Shown here in pieces: positions 29,643 to 41,070 of a DNA stretch of 64,000 nt; position 1 is the first letter of the stretch; each line of letters opens with the position of its first letter. The notes beneath the pieces were generated by a model, which was not told the origin of the DNA, ran no database searches, and saw only the letters and a list, made by a program, of their open reading frames with translations. The position numbers were made by a program, and so were the translations under genes. The DNA is taken from contig JBGARZ010000001.1 in NCBI GenBank assembly GCA_044229975.1, forward strand, positions 832,001-896,000, read 5' to 3'. Source of the stretch: Polyangiales bacterium. Lineage in GTDB: Bacteria; Myxococcota_A; Polyangia; Polyangiales; Ga0077539.

Positions 29643-30206
29643 ATGGAGCCCGCAGAGATCACCCTACCCGACGCCTGCGTGTGGATGCAGCGGCGGTGGT
29701 TGAAGCCAGCGCCCGTGATGACGGCCATCGGTGTTCTCGTGATCGCCAGCATTGCGAGGAGCACGTCGGTGTTCCTCTGGATCGGCGTCGTCGCGTCGGT
29801 GGTGTTGCTCGCCGAGCACTTCCAGCTCTGACGCCATCGGCTCACCACGGTGCACATGGATCGCGACGGCGTGCGCTTCGTCGACCGCGCCACGGCCACC
29901 GAGGAGCTCATCGCGATCAGAGACGTCGCGCGGGTGAGCGTCCGGCAAGGGTCGCGATCGTTCGAGTTGCTGATTGAACCGAAGGCCGGTCCGGCCTGGG
30001 TGGCCTCGCTCTCGCCGACGCTGGCAGCGCCAACGACCTTCGGCATCGAGTGCTCCTCGCTTCTCGGCCTCGGTCCCGACAAGCGGTTGATGGAGTTCCG
30101 AAACCCGACGCCTGTTCCGCGCTTCGTGGTCTCGTGGGCGATCGGCGCGCTGCTGGGCAGCCTCATCGGCGGCACCATCATCAGCTTAGCAAGCTCGGCA
30201 CCGTGA
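29643..30206 (+). pseudogene. membrane protein interrupted by an in-frame TGA
   Basis: ORFs ending at 29831 and starting at 29850 share a frame: HFQL*RHRLTTVHMDRDG. Confidence 0.55.
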
Positions 30207-30248
30207 CGTCCGTAGCGGGTGACTGACATAGTTCGCACCACCACGACC

Positions 30249-31505
30249 ATGGACCTCCGACTCCAACAGCTCGCCCACCTCGACCCGCGCGCGGTGCCCC
30301 TCCCCCACGGCACCGAAGTGACCACCCGCGTCGACCGCGCGTGTGGTGAGCGCATGATCTCGCAGGGCGCCGTCGGCCGCGTGGTGAAGGTCGCGGGCGA
30401 CGACGTCGACGTGCTCGTGGTGGGCATCGGGACGGTGCGCTTCGCCCGCAGCGAGCTCACGCCCCGCAAGGTGGGCCAGGCGCAGTTTGCCCATCGCCGC
30501 GCGACGGCGTGGTCGGCGCTGCACGGCTGCGTGGTGCTGGAGACCGTCGTCGGGTCGCGCGCCTGGGGTCTCTCCGACGAGGGCTCGGACACCGACCTGC
30601 GCGGGGTCTTCGCGCTGCCGCTCCCATGGACCCATGGGCTCGTCGAGGCGCCCGCCGACCTCGTGAGCACCGACGGCAGCGCGAGCTACTGGCGCATCGA
30701 CAAGGCCGTGCGACAGGCGTTGCGCGCCGACCCCAACACCCTGGAGGCGCTCTTCGTCCCGGGAGCCCGCGCGCTCGACCCCATCGGCGAGTGGCTGCTG
30801 GCCGCGCGGGAGTCGCTGGTGTCGTCGGAGATCCACGGGAGCTTCGGCCGCTACGCGCTCTCGCAGTTGAAGCGGCTGGAGCAGTCGCAGCGCCTCGCCG
30901 CCCACCGCGACGCCGTGCTCGGCTGGCTGCGCGTCGACCCCGACCTGACCCTCGACGCCGTCGCGACGCGGCTGGCGGCGGCGTTTCCACGGGCGACGCC
31001 CACCGAGGCCGACGCGCTGCACCAGGCCAAGCAGTACGTGAAGCAGCTCTACCGATCGCTGCACGACCAGGGGCTCATCGCGTCGAACGAGTTCGTCGCG
31101 ATGGCGCGCTTCGCCCACGACGACCCGTCGGCCCTGGAGCTGCCGCGCGAGCTGCGCCCCAAGAACGCCTACAACCTCCTGCGCCTCATCGTCACGGCGA
31201 CCGACTGGCTGCGCACGGGCGCGCCGACCTTCGCGGCGAGCGGGGCCTTCCGCGAGCGGCTGCTCGACGTGAAGAAGGGAAGGGTTCCGCTGGCGGAGGT
31301 GCTGGCCGAGGCGGAGGCGCTGGCGCCTGCGCTCGAAGAGGCGCGGCTGACGACGAAGCTGCCGGCGCACCCCGACGTAGCCGTGGCCGACGCGCTGCTG
31401 CGACGGGTGGGCGCGGAGGTCGCACGGCGCTCGGTCGTGGGGGTGGAGGGTCCGTTCGGGCGCGACGCACCGGAGCCTCCGGAGGTCGTATGGGATCAGG
31501 GATGA
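30249..31505 (+). CDS. Pol-beta superfamily nucleotidyltransferase (RlaP/YcgL-like)
   Basis: VVGSRAWGLSDEGSDTDLRGVF, DPNTLEALF, KNAYNLLRL, RLLDVKKG. Confidence 0.85.
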   Translation: MDLRLQQLAHLDPRAVPLPHGTEVTTRVDRACGERMISQGAVGRVVKVAGDDVDVLVVGIGTVRFARSELTPRKVGQAQFAHRRATAWSALHGCVVLETVVGSRAWGLSDEGSDTDLRGVFALPLPWTHGLVEAPADLVSTDGSASYWRIDKAVRQALRADPNTLEALFVPGARALDPIGEWLLAARESLVSSEIHGSFGRYALSQLKRLEQSQRLAAHRDAVLGWLRVDPDLTLDAVATRLAAAFPRATPTEADALHQAKQYVKQLYRSLHDQGLIASNEFVAMARFAHDDPSALELPRELRPKNAYNLLRLIVTATDWLRTGAPTFAASGAFRERLLDVKKGRVPLAEVLAEAEALAPALEEARLTTKLPAHPDVAVADALLRRVGAEVARRSVVGVEGPFGRDAPEPPEVVWDQG

Positions 31506-31512
31506 GCGCCGC

Positions 31513-32541
31513 TCACGGCATCGGGTGGCGCTCGAAGAAGTCGAGCAGGTAGGGCGTCGCGTCGAGGTCGCGGCTGGTGATGCCACCGAGCAGCGACACG
31601 TCCCCGCCGGGCCAGGTGTGGCCGCCGCCTGCGAGCGTGCAGAGCATCACCTCCGCGCCGCCCGCGCAGTCCGCAAACGACACACAGCGGGCGTCGCCCC
31701 GACGAAGCACCTCTCGCGCGCTGGTGCCGCAGCCGTCGCGCATGGCCCACGCCCGGATGGAGTCGTTGACGTTGCTGTACCCGAGGAGGGGACTGCCGCC
31801 GTACGGCACCACGAGGTCGGCGTCGCCGTGGAAGTGCAGCACCGGCACCGGGCGCGGCGGCGTGCAGGTGGGCATCCCGTTGACGCCCGACACCGGAGCA
31901 ATGGCGGCGATGCGGTCGGAGAGCTCGCACGCGAGGCGGTGGGAGAGGAACGCCCCGTTGCTGAAGCCCGTGGCGAAGACGCGCCGCGGGTCGACGCAGA
32001 GCTCGCGGCCGAGGGAGTCGAGCATCGCGCGCACGAAGCCCACGTCGTCGTCGTTGCGGGTGCGGGCGGTGCCGCAGCAGTTGCCGGCGTTCCAACTGGA
32101 GTCGCGGCCGCGCGGGTGGACGGCGACGAAGCCGCGCGCGTCGGACGCTTCGTTCATGTTCGACCAGTCGGCCTGCTGAACCTCGTTGCTGAGGTAACCG
32201 TGGAAGTTGAGCACCACCATCGCGGGCCGCGTCGGGTCGTAGCTCCGCGGGATGTGCACGCGGTACACGCGCTCGACGCCGCCGACCGTGATGCGGCGCT
32301 CGGTGTCCCCCGCCGTGACCGCGCGCGGCGGGCACGCGCCTGCATCTTCCACCGTCGCCACGTCCTCGACCACCGGGACGTCCTCGATCGTCGGAACATC
32401 CACCGCCGCAACCACGTCAGGCCGCGCCGAGGTGTCCACCACGGGCACGTCCCTCGGCACCACCGCGGCGGGTTCGGTGCCACCGCACCCCGCGCCCAGG
32501 AGCGTCGCCAGGGTCATTCCTGCGAGCGTGATTCGCGTCAT
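31513..32541 (-). CDS. PHB-depolymerase/LpqP family esterase lipoprotein
   Basis: LNFHG, WNAGNCCG, TGFSNGA, HGDAD, GGGHTWPGG. Confidence 0.9.
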   Translation of the reverse strand: MTRITLAGMTLATLLGAGCGGTEPAAVVPRDVPVVDTSARPDVVAAVDVPTIEDVPVVEDVATVEDAGACPPRAVTAGDTERRITVGGVERVYRVHIPRSYDPTRPAMVVLNFHGYLSNEVQQADWSNMNEASDARGFVAVHPRGRDSSWNAGNCCGTARTRNDDDVGFVRAMLDSLGRELCVDPRRVFATGFSNGAFLSHRLACELSDRIAAIAPVSGVNGMPTCTPPRPVPVLHFHGDADLVVPYGGSPLLGYSNVNDSIRAWAMRDGCGTSAREVLRRGDARCVSFADCAGGAEVMLCTLAGGGHTWPGGDVSLLGGITSRDLDATPYLLDFFERHPMP

Positions 32542-32683
32542 GGTGTCCGGTGCCTTCGTCGACGATCGGGGGCGCGAGACTACTGCATCGCAACCCCTGC
32601 GAGGGGAAGGGCTCCGCGGCGACCAGACGTGCTAGCAACGCCCGCATGACGGCCCCCGCGACCTGGCACCACGGGTTGAGCGC

Positions 32684-33742
32684 GTGATCGCGACGACGAC
32701 GCCCGAGGCGCGACTCCGAGCGCTCTCGATGCTCAGGCGTCATGGCTTCAACGCGACGTCGTTTCAGGTGTTGGAGGAGGGCTTCCAGTATTGGTTCGAT
32801 GGCGACGAGGCGTGCGTGGCCTTCGCCGACACCGGGTCGGCCTGGGTCGTCGCCGGCGCCCCCATCGCCGCCACCGAACGCCTCGGCGAGGTCGCCCGGC
32901 GCTTCCAGCACGCCGCGCGCGAGGCCGGCCGGCGCGTCTGCTACTTCGCGGTCGAGCAGCGCATGGTCTCGGTCAACGTCGGCCCGTCCGTCGCGATCGG
33001 CGCGCAACCCGTCTGGGACCCTTCGCAGTGGAAGGCCACGCTCGCCGGTGCGCCGAGCCTGAGGGAGCAGATCCGCCGCGCCCGCGCCAAGGGCGTGACG
33101 GTCCGCGAGGCGACGCCCGCCGAGATCACCGAGCCCACGTCCGAGGCACGACGCGCCATCGACGCCCTCATCGTCCGCTGGCTCGCCGTGAAGCCGATGG
33201 CCCCGATGGGCTTCCTCGTGGACGTGCAGCCCTTCTCCTTCGCCGAGGAGCGGCGGTACTTCCTCGCCGAGCGCGCCGGGCGCGTGGTGGGCTTCCTCGC
33301 GGCGGTGCCGGTGTACGCCCGCGGCGGGTGGTTCTTCGAAGACCTGCTGCGTGACGCGAGCGCCCCCAACGGCACCACCGAGCTGCTCGTCGACGCCGCC
33401 ATGCGCGACGCGTCCATCGGCGCGAGCACCTACGTCACCCTGGGCCTCGCCCCCCTCGGCGGAACCGTCTCCCCCCTCCTCCACACCGTCGGCCGCCTCA
33501 CCCGCAGCCTCTACGACTTCGGCGGCCTCTACCGCTTCAAGGCCCGCCTCCGCCCGCAGCGCTGGGACCCCATCCACGTCGTGTGCGCGCCCGGAACCTC
33601 CGCGCCCGCCGCCCTCTACGACAGCCTCACGGCCTTCGCGCGCGGCAGCCTCGTCCGGTACGGCCTCCGGACGCTGCTGCGGCGCGCTCGCTCACTCCGT
33701 CCCTCGCGGGCGCCTCAGTTGCCCGGCGCCAACCACACGTAG
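32684..33742 (+). CDS. DUF2156 / MprF C-terminal-like aminoacyltransferase domain protein
   Basis: DLLRDASAPNGTTELL, LGLAPL, LYDFGGLYRFKARL; no TM flippase region. Confidence 0.85.
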   Translation: MIATTTPEARLRALSMLRRHGFNATSFQVLEEGFQYWFDGDEACVAFADTGSAWVVAGAPIAATERLGEVARRFQHAAREAGRRVCYFAVEQRMVSVNVGPSVAIGAQPVWDPSQWKATLAGAPSLREQIRRARAKGVTVREATPAEITEPTSEARRAIDALIVRWLAVKPMAPMGFLVDVQPFSFAEERRYFLAERAGRVVGFLAAVPVYARGGWFFEDLLRDASAPNGTTELLVDAAMRDASIGASTYVTLGLAPLGGTVSPLLHTVGRLTRSLYDFGGLYRFKARLRPQRWDPIHVVCAPGTSAPAALYDSLTAFARGSLVRYGLRTLLRRARSLRPSRAPQLPGANHT

Positions 33743-36441
33743 CCCGAGATTCCCTCGCTCGTGTACCCTTGGGTGACGAGGGCGATGTCCCGCTCGGAGT
33801 CGCTCGTCGTGTAGAAGTGATCGCCGTTGGCGAGGCGGTAGATGCGGTGCAACGCCGTCGATCCGCAGCGGGGGGTCGGCGCGATGTAGCCCATGGTGCC
33901 TTCGAGCACGGCGCCCGACGCGCTCTCGCAGACCGAGCTCGTCGTGTAGAAGTGCTTGCCCGACCACCGGCACCGGTAGAACGGCAAGAGCCCACCCACG
34001 TCGCTCGCGTAGAGGTAGTACGCGGGGTCTCCCTCGGTGACCCACTGCGAGCCGCCCACCTCACCGCGGCTCACCGTGTAGAAGTGCTCGCCCGTGCTGA
34101 TGTTGCGGTAGCGGTACACGGGAGTACGGCAGCCCGGCGTCTCGTCGCAGGCGCCGTTGCAGTTGTCGTCCGCGAGGTTGCACGCCTCGGCCGGCATGCG
34201 TCCGCAGGCGCCGCAGTTGGCCGCCGTCGCGAGGCTGGCCTCGCAGCCGTTGGCCGGGTTGCCGTCGCAGTTGTCGAAGCCGCCCGCGCACGCCGTCACG
34301 GTGCACGACCCGCCCGCGCACCCGACGCCCGAGGCGTTGGGCAGCGCGCACGCCCGGCCGCACGCGCCGCACGAGGTGGGCGTGGTGTTGAGGTTGACCT
34401 CGCACCCGTCCGACGCCGCCGCGTTGCAGTTGCCGAAGCCGCCGTTGCACGAGGCGACGAGGCACGCGCCCGACGCACAGGCCGCCGTCGCGTTGGCGAG
34501 CGCGCAGCGGGCCCCGCAGGCGCCGCAGTGGTTGCTGTCGCTCGCGAGGTTGACCTCGCAGCCGTTGCCCGCCGCGCCGTCGCAGTCCGAGAAGCCGCCG
34601 GTGCAGGCCGCGACGGTGCAGCTCCCGGCGAGGCACGCGCCCGCGGCGTTGGCCGGCGCGCAGCGGGCGTTGCAGGCGCCGCAGTGGTTGTTGTCGGCGC
34701 GGAGGTTGACCTCGCAGCCGTTGGCCGGGTTGCCGTCGCAGTCCGCGAAGCCGTCGTTGCAGCGCGCCACCGTGCACCGCCCGCCCGCGCAGCCTGCCGT
34801 GGCGTTGGCGAGGCTGCACGCGGCCCCGCACGAGCCGCAGTTGTTGACGTCGGTGTTGGTGTTGGTCTCGCAGCTGTTGCCCGCGCGGTCGCAGTCGGCG
34901 AGGCCCGCCGAGCACATCGTCAGGCCGCACATCCCCGCCGAGCAGGCCGCGGTGCCGCCCATGGCGGTGCACATGATGCGGCAGGTTCCGCAGTTGGCGA
35001 CGTCGCCGTTGAGGTTGATCTCGCAGCCGTTGGAGGGGTCACCGTCGCAGTCCGCGAAGCCCGTGTTGCAGGTGCCGATGGCGCAGCGGCCGCCCGCCAT
35101 GCACACGCCGGTGGCGTTGGACGGTGAGCAGACCCGCCCGCACGCGCCGCAGTTGGTCTGGCTCGTGCGGGTGTCGACCTCGCACCCATTGGCGTCGACG
35201 CCGTCGCAGTCCTGGAAGCCCATGAGGCACGACGTGAAGCACTCGCCGCCGAAGCACCCGGGGAAGGCGTTGGGACGTCCCCCGCACGCGGCGCCGCATC
35301 GGCCGCAGTGCGACACGCTCGACCGCAGCTCGACCTCGCAGCCGTTGGTCGCGTTGCTGTCGCAGTCGCCGAAGCCCACGGCGCACGCCGCCACGGCGCA
35401 CGCGCGCTCGACGCAGGCCGACGTGGCGTTGGGCAGGTTGCACGTCGTCGGGCACGCGCCGCAGTGCGCCGGGTCGCTGCGCAGGTCGACCTCGCAGCCG
35501 TTGTCGGGGTTGCCGTCGCAGTCGCCGAAGCCCTCCGCGCACGAGTACGCGCAGCGCCCCGCGTCGCAGCGCCCCACGGCGTTGGGCCGGGCGACGCAGG
35601 CCATCCCGCACGCGCCGCAGTGGTTGACGTCCATGAGGGTGTTGACCTCGCAGCCGTTGGCAGGCGCGCGGTCGCAGTCGGCGAAGGGCGAGATGCAGGT
35701 GCCGACGGTGCACATGCCGTTCTGGCAGGCGGCGGTGGCGTTGGGAACGGAGCAACGCGTGCCGCAGCCGCCGCAGCTCGCGACGTTGGACACGGTGTCG
35801 ACGCAGGCGCCGGTGCAGCAGGTGTTGATGCCCGGGCAGGGCCGCGCGTCGGTGCATCCCATCACGCAGACGTTGCCCACGCAGAGCATCCCCGACGGGC
35901 AGTGCTCGTCCCGCACGCACTGCACGCAGGCCCGCGTGTCGACGTTGCAGCGACCCGCCGTCGGCAGCGCACCCGCGTCGACCCCTCCGTCCCCGCCACC
36001 CGTGGTGCCGCACGCCTCGTCGTTGCGGCAGCCCGGCACGCACGTCGTGCCGCTGCAGAACTGCCCCACCGGACAGGTGTCCGCGGTCGGGACACACGGC
36101 ACGCACAGGCCGCTCACGACGTCACACGACCCGCCGGCCGGGTTGCCCACGCAGTCGGCGTTGCTCATGCACCGCGTCGGAACATCGGGCTGCACATCGG
36201 GCGTCACATCGACCGCGACCTCGCTCGCGTCGGGCGCATCCATGCCGGGGACATCGGGCGCGTCCAGACCGGGGACGTCGGAGGCGTCCTTCGCGACATC
36301 TGCGATGGAGCCGAGGTCGTTGTCGCCAACGTCGCTCCCGGCGTCGGGGCCGCCCACCACGGACTGCCCGGTCGAGCACCCCGCGACCAGCCACGCGACC
36401 ATCACGACCGACCACCACGCCACGCCCGAGCGAGTCACCAT
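33715..36441 (-). CDS. large Cys-rich repeat lipoprotein with C-terminal DUF5648-like domain
   Basis: About ten copies of DCDG..NGCEVNL..D..HCGACG..C; C-terminal PVYRY..HFYT repeats. Confidence 0.85.
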   Translation of the reverse strand: MVTRSGVAWWSVVMVAWLVAGCSTGQSVVGGPDAGSDVGDNDLGSIADVAKDASDVPGLDAPDVPGMDAPDASEVAVDVTPDVQPDVPTRCMSNADCVGNPAGGSCDVVSGLCVPCVPTADTCPVGQFCSGTTCVPGCRNDEACGTTGGGDGGVDAGALPTAGRCNVDTRACVQCVRDEHCPSGMLCVGNVCVMGCTDARPCPGINTCCTGACVDTVSNVASCGGCGTRCSVPNATAACQNGMCTVGTCISPFADCDRAPANGCEVNTLMDVNHCGACGMACVARPNAVGRCDAGRCAYSCAEGFGDCDGNPDNGCEVDLRSDPAHCGACPTTCNLPNATSACVERACAVAACAVGFGDCDSNATNGCEVELRSSVSHCGRCGAACGGRPNAFPGCFGGECFTSCLMGFQDCDGVDANGCEVDTRTSQTNCGACGRVCSPSNATGVCMAGGRCAIGTCNTGFADCDGDPSNGCEINLNGDVANCGTCRIMCTAMGGTAACSAGMCGLTMCSAGLADCDRAGNSCETNTNTDVNNCGSCGAACSLANATAGCAGGRCTVARCNDGFADCDGNPANGCEVNLRADNNHCGACNARCAPANAAGACLAGSCTVAACTGGFSDCDGAAGNGCEVNLASDSNHCGACGARCALANATAACASGACLVASCNGGFGNCNAAASDGCEVNLNTTPTSCGACGRACALPNASGVGCAGGSCTVTACAGGFDNCDGNPANGCEASLATAANCGACGRMPAEACNLADDNCNGACDETPGCRTPVYRYRNISTGEHFYTVSRGEVGGSQWVTEGDPAYYLYASDVGGLLPFYRCRWSGKHFYTTSSVCESASGAVLEGTMGYIAPTPRCGSTALHRIYRLANGDHFYTTSDSERDIALVTQGYTSEGISGYVWLAPGN

Positions 36442-36508
36442 AGGCCGTCGAGGCTACCTCACCCGGCGTCGCGCGCGGCAGCGGGAAGGGCGCCGCGGGG
36501 GGTATGCG

Positions 36509-38659
36509 TCAGCCGACGGTGATGCCCTCGGCGGGCGTTCCCATCCCGAGGATGGGACTCATGGGACCGCGCACGGGGAGGCGCGCGGTAAACACTGCCC
36601 CGCGCTCGGCGCCAGATCGCAGGGCCACGGTGCCGCCGTGCTCCTCGATGATGCGCCGCACCACCGCGAGACCGAGCCCCGTCCCCGTCGCCTTCGACGT
36701 GAAGAAGGGCTCAAACACCCGCGTGGTGTCCACGCCCCCGAGGCCGACGCCGGAGTCCTCGACTTCGAGGTCGACCGCGGGCACCGAGCCCAGCATCGCC
36801 GCCCTCGCGCGCAGCGTCACCACGCCCCCGTGCGGAACCGCCTGGATGGCGTTGACCATCACGTTGATGAGCGCCTGTCGGAGCAGTCGGTGATCGGCCT
36901 CCAGCGCCGGCAGACCCAGGTCGAGCTCGCGCCGCACCTCGACGGAGGTGGGCGCGCTCCCGGCCACGGCCCCCGCCCACGCGTCGTCGAGCAGGCGATC
37001 GATGAGCAGCGCGCGGGGAGCGAGGCTCATGGGTCGCGCGAAGTCGAGCAGGTCGCCGACGATGCGGTTGAGCCGGTCGCTCTCCTCGCGGACGATGTCG
37101 AGCAGGAGCTTCGCATCGCCCTCGGGTCGCAGCAGACGATCGAGTGAACCGAGGGAGTTGAAGATCACCCCGAGCGGGTTGCGCACCTCGTGGGCCATCA
37201 CCGCCGAGAGCTCCCCGAGCGCGGCGAGCCGCTCGCGCTGCACCAGCCGCGACTGGGCCGCGGTCAACGCGTCGAGCCGCCGCCGCGCCTCTTCGTGGAG
37301 CTCGGCGTTTTCCAACCCCACCTGCACCACGCTGGCGACCGCGCGCGCGAGCGCCACCTCGTCGTCGCGCAGCCTCCGCCCGGGCCGGTCGCTCACCACC
37401 AGCGCGCCGCGCATGCCGCCCTGCCCCTCGAAGGGAATCAGCCACAGCACCCGCGGGCTCGTCTCGTCTCGCCAGAACGCCCCGGCGCGCAGGTCGGCAC
37501 GCGTGTCCCCGAGGGGCACCACGTCACCCTGCGTGAGCATCTCGCGCAGCCACTCGCACCCGACGAAGCGCACCCTCACCACGGGCGACGCCTCGGTGCC
37601 AGGCCACGCCGCCGTGCGACGCAGCGACTCGCCGCGACGCTCGACCCAGGCAGACACCTCGCGCGCGCCCATCATCGACGCCACGACCTCGCACGCCGCC
37701 CGCAGCAACGGAACCGTCCCTCCGCGCGCCTCGGCCAGCATCGAGCGCGCGAGGGTGCTCACGGCCTCCAGCTCACGCTCACGCCGCCGGGCTCGCGCGA
37801 GGTCGCGAGCGTTGTCGAGCGCCGCCGACACCTGCGCCGCGAGCAGCCGCGCCACCGGGACGTCGTCCTCACGCAGCCAGCGCCCGACGAGCAGCAGCAG
37901 CGCCGGCCCGCCCGGCCATCCATCGACCCGCGTGACCACCACGCGCAGCGACTCGATGAGCACCGTGTCGCCCTCCTCGGGTGCGCCCACCGCGACGCCC
38001 AGCAGGGCCGCGAGCTCACCGTAGCCGTCGTCACTGAAGGCCTCGCCCCAACCCCACGCCTCGTGGCACAGCGGCGTCCACGACGTGCGCTCGTCGACGA
38101 GCGTGCGACCGAGCGCTCGCTCCACCACCGAGCGGTGCGGCTCGTAGCCCTCGACGAAGCACTGGCGCAACCCGTCACCGTCGGGTTGTAGCAACATCGC
38201 CACGAGCTGCGAGCCCGCGGCGCCCACGCGGAGCCCCGCCTCGACCTCCGCCTCGGTGCGCAGCAGGTGCACCGAGACGCCGAGGTGGGCGAGGCTGAAG
38301 CGTCGTGCGCGCAGCTCGACCCGCTCGGTGACGTCGCGCACCAGCACGAGCACCTCGGGGCCGACGGAGCGAATCTGGAGTTCGACGTGCCGCCGTGTGC
38401 CGTCGGGGCGACGCACCACCACCTCGTACTCCGAGGGCGCGGCGTCACCGCGGAGGCGCCTCGCCACGCGATCACCCACCCGGTGGGTGTGCTCGGGCGC
38501 CACCAGCTCGGCCGCGCTCACGCCGATCATCGCCTCGACCGGGAGCCCCGTGATCTCCGCGAGGGCTGCGTTGGCGTACACCACCACGCCGTTGTGGTGG
38601 ACGATCACCCCGAGGGGCGAGGCGTCGAGCAGACGATGGTGCAGCGAGGGCGTCTCCAT
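36509..38659 (-). CDS. PAS/GAF sensor histidine kinase
   Basis: PAS and GAF regions, MAHEVRNPL, NAIQA, DSGVG, FFTSK..GTGLGL. Confidence 0.92.
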   Translation of the reverse strand: METPSLHHRLLDASPLGVIVHHNGVVVYANAALAEITGLPVEAMIGVSAAELVAPEHTHRVGDRVARRLRGDAAPSEYEVVVRRPDGTRRHVELQIRSVGPEVLVLVRDVTERVELRARRFSLAHLGVSVHLLRTEAEVEAGLRVGAAGSQLVAMLLQPDGDGLRQCFVEGYEPHRSVVERALGRTLVDERTSWTPLCHEAWGWGEAFSDDGYGELAALLGVAVGAPEEGDTVLIESLRVVVTRVDGWPGGPALLLLVGRWLREDDVPVARLLAAQVSAALDNARDLARARRRERELEAVSTLARSMLAEARGGTVPLLRAACEVVASMMGAREVSAWVERRGESLRRTAAWPGTEASPVVRVRFVGCEWLREMLTQGDVVPLGDTRADLRAGAFWRDETSPRVLWLIPFEGQGGMRGALVVSDRPGRRLRDDEVALARAVASVVQVGLENAELHEEARRRLDALTAAQSRLVQRERLAALGELSAVMAHEVRNPLGVIFNSLGSLDRLLRPEGDAKLLLDIVREESDRLNRIVGDLLDFARPMSLAPRALLIDRLLDDAWAGAVAGSAPTSVEVRRELDLGLPALEADHRLLRQALINVMVNAIQAVPHGGVVTLRARAAMLGSVPAVDLEVEDSGVGLGGVDTTRVFEPFFTSKATGTGLGLAVVRRIIEEHGGTVALRSGAERGAVFTARLPVRGPMSPILGMGTPAEGITVG

Positions 38660-38800
38660 GCGGGGCAGTGCGGGGCGTGTAAGGGCGCTCGCGGTGCGTC
38701 GCCGTGGTAGCGCCGGAGACCCGTCTCGCTACGTGCGCGGACCATGCCGTAGGAGGGGGTTTTATTCAAGACAGAGCCTGTGTTAGAGGCCGCGCTTCCG

Positions 38801-39465
38801 ATGGCCGCGAGCTACTTCGATGTGGATGGGACGCTGGTTCGAACGAACCTCATCCACCCAACCCTCTTCTACCTCCTCAACCAGGCGACGCCGGGTCGTA
38901 CGCTGGCCCGCGTGGGCGGTGCGCTGCTCCGTGCGCCGCTGCTCGCGCTCGCCGAGATGCGCGACCGCCGCGCGTTCAACGAGGCGCTCTACATGCTCTT
39001 CCGGGGCATGACCGAAGACCGCCTCGTGGTGCTCGCCGACGAAGCCGTCGAGAAGGTGCTGCGACCCGCGGTGTACTCCGGCGCGCGCGACCTCATCCGG
39101 CGTTGCAAGGACCTCGGGCACGAGGTGGTGATCTGCTCCGGCGCGCTCGACTTCCTCATGCACCCGCTGGCCCGCGAGCTCGGCGCGGACACGGTCATCG
39201 CCAACCGCCTGGAGTTTCACGACCGCGTGGCGAGCGGTCGGATGATCCCGCCGGTGGTGGCGGGCCCGACCAAGGCGCTGCTCATCCGCGAGCACGCGCG
39301 CCGCAACGGCCACGACCTCGACGCCTCCTTCGCTTACAGTGACTCGTACTCCGACGTGCCGATGCTCTCGGTCGTCGGCAACCCCTCCGCCGTCAACCCC
39401 GACGCCGCCCTGGAGCGCCTCGCCCACGCGCACCGCTGGCCCGTCCTGCACCTGGATCGCACCCC

Positions 39466-39469
<4 letters not shown>
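38801..39469 (+). CDS. HAD-IB family hydrolase
   Basis: YFDVDGTL, CSGA, AYSDSYSDVPML, AVNPD. Confidence 0.92.

Positions 39470-41066
<1,597 letters not shown>

Positions 41067-41070
<4 letters not shown>

Noticed and set aside
28469..29977. 502-aa ORF as a true protein
   Set aside because: The C-terminal part arises from the duplication-induced frameshift, and the N-terminal extension precedes the RBS-supported ATG at 28628
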